From a virus (Duplodnaviria; Heunggongvirae; Uroviricota; Caudoviricetes): a stretch of 17,779 nt of DNA. This document shows positions 8,715-17,779 of the stretch, piece by piece. The stretch lies in the IMG/VR virus record IMGVR_UViG_2698536449_000001; one strand, 5' to 3'. Position 1 is the stretch's first letter. Every line of letters starts with the position of its first letter. The position numbers were made by a program, and so were the translations under genes. The notes under the pieces were generated by a model. It saw only the letters and a list, made by a program, of their open reading frames with translations. It had not been told where the DNA came from and made no database searches.

Positions 8715-9068
8715 TCAGCGGCGACGGTTAACGGCAGGCGGTACGCCCCGTCCAAGCCAGAGATGACAACTTCCGCCATCATCCGGCGAAACCCGATCTA
8801 CCCAGAAATTTTCCTCACCGATGGTCAGCGTGTCTCCACGCCGCAGCTGCCGCACCTCATCAGTCCGGACAAACAGGGACGGGCTGGAGCCTTCAACGCG
8901 CACGCCCTGTCCGGCATAGCTGATATTTTCAGGGTCATCAAAAACACCACGTATCACCGCACCTGACTGCTCACCGGATGTCATGGTGGCTGACGTTCCC
9001 ATGTACCCGCGTATCGTTTCATCGGCGCGGGCAATGGCAGCATCGAACAGGTTATCGAAATCAGCCAC
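8715..9068 (-). CDS. FII: Head-tail joining protein FII
   Basis: 117-aa ORF (MADFDNLFDAAIARADETIRGYMGTSATMTSGEQ...) matching lambda gpFII. Confidence 0.92.
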   Translation of the reverse strand: MADFDNLFDAAIARADETIRGYMGTSATMTSGEQSGAVIRGVFDDPENISYAGQGVRVEGSSPSLFVRTDEVRQLRRGDTLTIGEENFWVDRVSPDDGGSCHLWLGRGVPPAVNRRR

Positions 9069-9079
9069 AGCGCCTCCCG

Positions 9080-9478
9080 TTATTGCATTCTGGCCAGGCC
9101 GCGCTCTGTCATTTCGGCTGCCACACCGGCAGAGACACGAAACGCCGTTCCCGGCAGCACAAATGCCACAGGTTTATCCCGCGTGGCGTGAAGTGCATCA
9201 GTATGCAGCGTCACCAGTGCCACGACCGTGACCAGTTCAGCCGTATCCTGAATCACGGTATCCGGCTGCGCTGATACCACCTCATTTTCATGCCCGGTCA
9301 GCACATTTTCCCGGCTGAGAGGGGTGTCCTGACCGGCAGTTTCATCCGTGTCATCAAGCTCTTCTTCCAGCTCTGCCACACGAAGCGCCAGTTCTTCTTT
9401 CGTTCCCGTCAAACTGACATCGCGGTTCAATTGCTCACCCAGCTCCTGAAGACGGGCAATCAGTTCATCTTTCGTCAT
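9080..9478 (-). CDS. FI: DNA packaging / head completion protein FI
   Basis: The ORF-track entry 9080..9517 is N-terminally extended. The lambda gpFI N-terminus MTKDELIARLQELGEQLNRDVSLTGTKEELALRVAEL begins at the ATG at 9478, preceded by GGAGGAG. 132 aa. Confidence 0.9.
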   Translation of the reverse strand: MTKDELIARLQELGEQLNRDVSLTGTKEELALRVAELEEELDDTDETAGQDTPLSRENVLTGHENEVVSAQPDTVIQDTAELVTVVALVTLHTDALHATRDKPVAFVLPGTAFRVSAGVAAEMTERGLARMQ

Positions 9479-9519
9479 GAACTCCTCCACAGAGAGAAAA
9501 TGGCCCCGAAGGGCCATGA

Positions 9520-10545
9520 TTACGCCAGTTGAACGGACACGAACTCATCAGGATCAGCCAGCAGCATCAGCGGTGCTGACTGAATCATGGTGAACTCACG
9601 CGCCGGATCGCCGGTGGTCACCCAGTTTTTCGGGTAACGGGCAGAAGCGTTAATGCCTTCGCGCTGTGCGTCCGCATCCTGAATGCAGCCATAGGTGCGC
9701 AGACCGCGAGCCTGAGTGTTCCCCAGCACCATCGTGTTGTCCGGCAGGAAGTTCTTTTTGACGCCGTTTTCCACGTACTGTCCGGAATACACGACGATGG
9801 CCACATCGCCATACATTCCCTTATAGGACACCGCTTTGCCCAGGTCTTTTACCGCTGTCTCCAGCTCGGAATGAGAGCCGCGACGGGTATCCAGCTTCTC
9901 CTTGACGGCTTTGAAGGAACGGAACAGCGCCCAGCCTTTCGGGTCAAACACGATGATATTCACCACACCGCTGGCGTTCAGCGCGTAGGCTTCGATATCG
10001 TCGGTCGGGTCATACGTGGACTTGTCACGCTTGCTCCACTCCGTGACGCCGGACTGTGTGATGTTGTTCGCCGCACTGCGGCCCATATCCACCTCAACCG
10101 GATCGAAGGCTTCACCGGTCATGGTGTATTTGCCCTTGAGCACGGCAGAAACTGCCTGCATCTCTTCGACCTGAGCAATGGCCAGCTCTTCGTCACGCAT
10201 GTTCTGCATGATGATGCGACGGCGGCGGTAAGCCGGGTCCGCCAGATTCTGCGGATCTTCATCCGGCAGGCGACGCAGGGTCATCTGCGGATTCACCTCA
10301 TGCTTGGGTTTGACATATCCCGGCGTAAATTCAGAGGTGGAGCCGCCACGGGAACGGATAACCTCACCGGAAACAATCGGCGAAACGTACAGCGCCATGT
10401 TTACCAGTCCCGGAATTTGTGAGAGATAGACTTTCTCCGTAGTGAAGGGATAGCTCTCACGGAAAAAGAGACGCAGAAACAGCGGATCAAACTTAAATTT
10501 CTGCTCATTTGCCGCCAGCAGCTGGGCGGTTGTGTACATCGACAT
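9520..10545 (-). CDS. E: Major capsid protein E
   Basis: The ORF-track entry 9520..10572 is extended. The lambda gpE N-terminus MSMYTTAQLLAANEQKFKFDPLFLRLFFRESYPF begins at the ATG at 10545. 341 aa. Confidence 0.95.
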   Translation of the reverse strand: MSMYTTAQLLAANEQKFKFDPLFLRLFFRESYPFTTEKVYLSQIPGLVNMALYVSPIVSGEVIRSRGGSTSEFTPGYVKPKHEVNPQMTLRRLPDEDPQNLADPAYRRRRIIMQNMRDEELAIAQVEEMQAVSAVLKGKYTMTGEAFDPVEVDMGRSAANNITQSGVTEWSKRDKSTYDPTDDIEAYALNASGVVNIIVFDPKGWALFRSFKAVKEKLDTRRGSHSELETAVKDLGKAVSYKGMYGDVAIVVYSGQYVENGVKKNFLPDNTMVLGNTQARGLRTYGCIQDADAQREGINASARYPKNWVTTGDPAREFTMIQSAPLMLLADPDEFVSVQLA

Positions 10546-10600
10546 AAAAAAATCCCGTAAAAAAAGCCACACAGGCGGCCTTTAGTGATGAAGGGTAAAG

Positions 10601-10933
10601 TTAAACGATGCTGATTGCCGTTCCGGCAAACACGGTCCGTTTTTTCGTCTCGTCGCTGGCAGCCTCCGGCCAGAGCACATCCTCATAACGGAACGTGCCG
10701 GACTTGTAGAACGTCAGTGTGGTGCTGGTCTGGTCAGCAGCAACCGCAAGAATGCCAACGGCAGCACCGTCGGTGGTGCCATCCCACGCAACCAGCTTAC
10801 GGGTGGAGGTGTCCAGCATCAGCGGGGTCATTGCAGGCGCTTTCGCACTCAATCCGCCGGGCGCGGTTGCGGTATGAGCCGGGTCACTATTGCCCAGCGG
10901 CTGGTAATGGGTAAAGGTTTCTTTGCTCGTCAT
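10601..10933 (-). CDS. D: Head decoration protein D
   Basis: [40 protein letters not shown]... from the ATG at 10933 (AAGGG Shine-Dalgarno at suitable spacing; the ORF-track start at 10939 sits too close to it). 110 aa, matching lambda gpD. Confidence 0.93.
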   Translation of the reverse strand: MTSKETFTHYQPLGNSDPAHTATAPGGLSAKAPAMTPLMLDTSTRKLVAWDGTTDGAAVGILAVAADQTSTTLTFYKSGTFRYEDVLWPEAASDETKKRTVFAGTAISIV

Positions 10934-10942
10934 AAACATCCC

Positions 10943-11548
10943 TTACACTGGTGTGTTCAGCAAATCGTTAACGGCATCAGATGCCGGGTTACCTGCAGCC
11001 AGCGGTGCCGGTGCCCCCTGCATCAGACGATCCAGCGCAGTGTCACTGCGCGTCTGTGCACTCTGTGGTGCTGCGGCCAGAATACGGCGGGCCGTTTCCA
11101 CGGTCATACCGGGGGTTTCGGCCAGCACGCGTGCCTGTTCTTCGCGTCCGTGAGCCTCCTCACAGTTGAGGATCCCCATAATGCGACTGTTTTCTGCCGC
11201 AACCGCTGCGGTGATCTGCGCGTTCACGTCCGGCTGCGCCGCGCTGGCGTTCTCGCCCTCCGTCGCTTGCACCACGCCAGTAACGTCAGCCTGCGAAGCA
11301 GTGGCTGAAACAGTTGTTGATTGAGTCTCTTTGGTCATTCGCCCTCCTGAGAGACGGGATTTACGTGCATCCAGTGCATCACGCATGACGGTGATCGCAT
11401 CGGTACTGTTAACAAGTTCATCAGCCAGTCCGGCATCAATGGCCTCCTGACCGCTGTACACTGCAGCCTCGGTATCCAGCACAGCCTGCACGGACAGGCC
11501 GGTATATGCCGACACCTTCTGTGCAAACATCCGGCGGGTTGCATCCAT
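10943..11548 (-). CDS. Nu3: Scaffolding protein Nu3, nested in-frame in the 3' part of C
   Basis: An in-frame internal ATG at 11548-11546 (MDATRRMFAQKVSAYTG...) lies 238 codons after the C start, where I recall the lambda Nu3 start. It shares the C stop. No strong Shine-Dalgarno is visible. Confidence 0.6.
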   Translation of the reverse strand: MDATRRMFAQKVSAYTGLSVQAVLDTEAAVYSGQEAIDAGLADELVNSTDAITVMRDALDARKSRLSGGRMTKETQSTTVSATASQADVTGVVQATEGENASAAQPDVNAQITAAVAAENSRIMGILNCEEAHGREEQARVLAETPGMTVETARRILAAAPQSAQTRSDTALDRLMQGAPAPLAAGNPASDAVNDLLNTPV

Positions 11549-12242
11549 CCGGGACTGCAATGTTTCCCGGACATCATCCGGTAGATGGCTGTAGGGGTTG
11601 CCATCCACCTTATGGCTGCCGCTGTAAATCAGCGTGATTTCCACGCCCTGTTTCTCCAGTGCAGCGCCGTAATTACTGTGAGCCATCATGACGCCGATGG
11701 AGCCTGTCCGGGCGGTCTGCGTGACCAGACGCCGGGAGGCGGCACTGGCAAGCAGCTGACCTGCGCTGCAGTTCATGTCATTGGCCAGCGCCCATACCGG
11801 CTTTATGTCACGCACACGGGCGATGATGTCAGCGCAGTCAAATGCTCCCGCCACCATTCCGCCCGGTGTGTCCATATCGAGCAGAATGCCGTCCACCATC
11901 GGGTCGCTGGCAGCCTGTTGCAGACGGGCGATAATGCCGTTGTAACCGGTCATCCCCGAGTACGGCTGCAGCGCCCGCGTCCGGCTGACCAGCGTGCCGG
12001 ACACCGGCAGCACGGCGATGCCGTTCATTACCTGATAACTGCGGGCCTGTCGTGGTCCGTCATCATCACCGGATAACGCCAGCGCCGCGGGTGCCTCTCC
12101 GGCAGTCAGGCTGTCGCCGGATACTGCATCCGTCAGGCAGCTGATCCCAAGCTGGCCTGCAAGCGCACAAAAGAAAACCCGCGCATAGGCGGGTTCAAGC
12201 ATCAGCGGCTCATTAAAAGCCATGCTGGCAATATGCGGGAGA

Positions 12243-12262
<20 letters not shown>
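10943..12262 (-). CDS. C: Head maturation protease / scaffold C (GTG start)
   Basis: The ORF-track entry extends upstream through the B overlap. The lambda gpC N-terminus (M)TAELRNLPHIASMAFNEPLMLEPAYARVFF begins at the GTG at 12262-12260, preceded by GGAGGAG. 440 codons, overlapping the B 3' end by 20 nt as in lambda. Confidence 0.9.
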
Positions 12263-15943
<3,681 letters not shown>

Positions 15944-15969
<26 letters not shown>

Positions 15970-16489
15970 TCAGCAACCCCGGTATCAGTTCATCCAGCGC
16001 GGCTGCTTTGTTCATGGCTTTGATGATATCCCGTTTCAGGAAATCAACATGTCGGTTTTCCAGTTCCGGAAAACGCCGCTGCACCGACAGGGGGATCCCG
16101 TCGAGAATACTGGCAATTTCACCTGCGATCCGCGACAGCACGAAAGTACAGAATGCGGTTTCCACCACTTCAGCGGAGTCTCTGGCATTTTTCAGCTCCT
16201 GTGCGTCGGCCTGCGCACGCGTAAGTCGATGGCGTTCGTACTCAATAGTCCCTGGCTGGAGATCTGTCTCGCTGGCCTGCCGCAGTTCTTCAACTTCCCG
16301 GCGCAGCTTTTCGTTCTCAATTTCAGCATCCCTTTCGGCATACCATCTTATAACGGCGGCAGAGTCATAAAGCACCTCATTACCCTTGCCACCGCCTCGC
16401 AGAACGGGCATTCCCTGTTCCTGCCAGTTCTGAATGGTACGGATACTCGCACCGAAAATGTCAGCCAGCTGCTTTTTGTTGACTTCCAT
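15944..16489 (-). CDS. Nu1: Terminase small subunit Nu1
   Basis: 181-aa ORF (MEVNKKQLADIFGASIRTIQNWQEQGMPVLRGGGKGNEVLYDSAAV...) matching lambda gpNu1, with an N-terminal helix-turn-helix. Lies immediately downstream of cos on the minus strand. Confidence 0.95.
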
Positions 16490-16513
16490 TGTTCATTCCA
16501 CGGACAAAAACAG

Positions 16514-16626
16514 AGAAAGGAAACGACAGAGGCCAAAAAGCCCGTTTTCAGCACCTGTCGTTTCCTTTCTTTTCAGGGGGTGTTTTAAATAAAAACATTA
16601 GGTTACGGCGAAGAAGAACGGAAACG
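16514..16626 (-). promoter_or_regulatory. cosB: three Nu1-binding R elements (core CGTTTCC) between cosN and the Nu1 start
   Basis: agaaaggaaacgacag at 16514-16529, ctgtcgtttccttt at 16556-16569 (opposite orientation) and cgaagaagaacggaaacg at 16609-16626. Arrangement and sequences match my recollection of lambda cosB R1/R2/R3. Confidence 0.7.
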
Positions 16627-16666
16627 CCTTAAACCGGAAAATTGTCATAAATAGCGAAAACCCGCG

Positions 16667-16678
16667 CGCCTTCCGCCC
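16667..16678 (-). other. cosN cohesive-end 12-mer (minus strand GGGCGGAAGGCG), a variant of lambda GGGCGGCGACCT
   Basis: Flanks are identical to lambda as I remember it: CGACAGGTTACG on the right-end side and CGCGGGTTTTCGCTATTTATG on the Nu1 side. Only the second hexamer of the 12-mer differs. Confidence 0.75.
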
Positions 16679-16702
16679 CGTAACCTGTCGGATCGCCGGA
16701 AA

Positions 16703-16709
16703 GGACCCG
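16703..16709 (-). other. Candidate cosQ (minus strand CGGGTCC), about 25-30 bp from cosN
   Basis: Minus strand reads TTTGCGGGTCCTTTCCGG here. Placement is from my memory of lambda cosQ; exact boundaries are unverified. Confidence 0.4.
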
Positions 16710-16714
16710 CAAAA

Positions 16715-16729
16715 TGATAATAATTATCA
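16715..16729. promoter_or_regulatory. Perfect 7-1-7 palindrome TGATAATAATTATCA; Fur-box-like (function unproven)
   Basis: Directly visible. Matches the Fur box core TGATAATnATTATCA and about 16/19 of the 19-bp consensus GATAATGATAATCATTATC. Lies between cosQ and the divergently oriented right-end genes. Confidence 0.35.
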
Positions 16730-16877
16730 TCTACATGTCACAACGTGCATCTACGCCATCAAACCACGTCAAATAATCAATTATGACGCAGGTATCGTAT
16801 TAATTGATCTGCATCAACTTAACGTAAAAACAACTTCAGACAATACAAATCAGCGACACTGAATACAGGGCAACCTC

Positions 16878-17111
16878 ATGTCAACGAAGAACAGAACCCG
16901 CAGAACAACAACCCGCAACATCCGCTTTCCTAACCAAATGATTGAACAAATTAACATCGCTCTTGTTCAAAAAGGGTCCGGGAATTTCTCAGCCTGGGTC
17001 ATTGAAGCCTGCCGCCGGAGACTGTGCTCAGAAAAAAGAGTTTCGCCTGAAGCAAACAAAGAAAAGAGTGACATTACTGAATTGCTCAGAAAACAGGTTA
17101 GACCAGATTGA
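16878..17111 (+). CDS. Small basic ribbon-helix-helix-like protein; resembles YlcI/YnfO (DUF3950) proteins of E. coli lambdoid prophages
   Basis: 77-aa ORF with an Arg/Thr-rich N-terminus (MSTKNRTRRTTTRNIRFP), then a short beta-strand-like RNIRFP and two predicted helices (NQMIEQINIALVQKG, NFSAWVIEACRRRL). Weak AGGG Shine-Dalgarno 7 nt upstream. Family assignment is from memory. Confidence 0.6.
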   Translation: MSTKNRTRRTTTRNIRFPNQMIEQINIALVQKGSGNFSAWVIEACRRRLCSEKRVSPEANKEKSDITELLRKQVRPD

Positions 17112-17168
17112 AGCAATTTAGATAATCGTGCAGACTACGCCCCCTCATATCACATGGAAGGTACTACA

Positions 17169-17579
17169 ATGGCTCAGGTTGCCATTTTTAAACAAATATT
17201 CGATAAAGTGCGAAATAATTTAAACTATCACTGGTTTTATTCTGAACTAAAACGTCACAATGTCTCACATTACATTTACTATTTAGCCACAGAGAATATT
17301 CATCTTGTTCTTGAAAACGATAATACGGTTTTAATAAAAGGACAGGGTAAGGTTGTAAATGTAAGATTTTCAAAAAATAAATGCCTTATAGAAGCCACCT
17401 TAAAAGGATTCAAATCAGGAGAGTTATCATTTTACGAATACAGGAAAAATCTTGCTACAGCAGGGGTTTTCAGATGGATTACAAATATCCACGAAAACAA
17501 AAGGTATTACTATACCTTTGATAATTCATTACTCTTTACTGAGAACATACAGAACACTACACAAATATTTCCGCACTAA
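17169..17579 (+). CDS. Hypothetical AT-rich accessory protein (136 aa from the second ATG); possibly YbcV/YdfO-like (DUF1398), unverified
   Basis: ORF-track entry 17154..17579. The ATG at 17169 has a GGAAGG Shine-Dalgarno 7 nt upstream, so I prefer it. Roughly one-third G+C by eye, against clearly GC-richer structural genes. Same strand as, and 42-57 bp downstream of, the RHH-like gene. Confidence 0.5.
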   Translation: MAQVAIFKQIFDKVRNNLNYHWFYSELKRHNVSHYIYYLATENIHLVLENDNTVLIKGQGKVVNVRFSKNKCLIEATLKGFKSGELSFYEYRKNLATAGVFRWITNIHENKRYYYTFDNSLLFTENIQNTTQIFPH

Positions 17580-17624
17580 ATCATAACGTCCGGTTTCTTC
17601 CGTGCCAGAACCGGACTCGCTGGC

Positions 17625-17779
17625 ATGATGAAATATGTGTACCCGGTAACCCCGGTGTGCATCGTTTTTGATTATTCCCGCACACTCGCGCAGAAGGAGT
17701 TCCCCGTCGGGCTACGGTCTCTGTTAATACGGGAATACGGCGACGATTGGATTTGCCCCTATATTTCCAGACATCTGTT
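17625..17779 (+). CDS. Possible 5' end of a further gene running off the window (MMKYVYPVTPVCIVFDYSRTLAQKEFPVGLRSLLIREYGDDWICPYISRHL...)
   Basis: Frame open from the ATG at 17625 to the window end, but no clear Shine-Dalgarno. A minus-strand frame is also open across this stretch, so the coding strand is unresolved. Confidence 0.2.
   Translation, partial: MMKYVYPVTPVCIVFDYSRTLAQKEFPVGLRSLLIREYGDDWICPYISRHL

Noticed and set aside
9871-10422. 183-aa plus-strand ORF
   Set aside because: Antisense within major capsid gene E; no ribosome-binding site and no protein-like features.
10981-12076. Plus-strand ORFs inside C (for example 11585..12076, 163 aa)
   Set aside because: Antisense to the head protease/scaffold gene; Ala/Gly/Arg-rich from the high G+C content.
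16803-16816. Short inverted repeat ttgat-ctgc-atcaa upstream of the RHH-like gene
   Set aside because: Only 5-bp arms in an AT-rich region, which is expected by chance. It may be an operator for the RHH protein but there is too little evidence to call it.
17188-17373. 61-aa minus-strand ORF
   Set aside because: Antisense inside the AT-rich 136-aa gene. Its stop-poor frame is explained by AT-rich composition, and the plus-strand gene has the better Shine-Dalgarno.

Overview
This window is the late (morphogenesis) region of a lambda-like phage or prophage, with every structural gene on the minus strand and no accessory insertions between them. Reading the minus strand from high to low coordinates, the order is cos, Nu1, A, W, B, C/Nu3, D, E, FI, FII, Z, U, V, G/T, H, M, L, K, I and the 5' end of J. 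Spacing, overlaps and the G-T frameshift site match lambda as I remember it; all lambda comparisons here are from memory, as no database search was possible. Two things disturb collinearity, both inside tail gene K: a single n at 1618 and a 32-N run at 2303-2334 bracket a 684-bp block that is a second, divergent copy of an internal K/I segment. I read this as a scaffolding artefact, probably from a genome with several related lambdoid prophages, not as biology. Beyond cos (16.7-17.8 kb) lies an AT-rich region with two plus-strand genes reading opposite to the late operon, preceded by a perfect Fur-box-like palindrome. The 12-bp cohesive-end sequence at cosN differs from lambda's at five clustered positions. 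I see no CRISPR array, tRNA, transposase or recognisable novel defence system; the right-end cassette and the cos variant are the only candidates for anything new.
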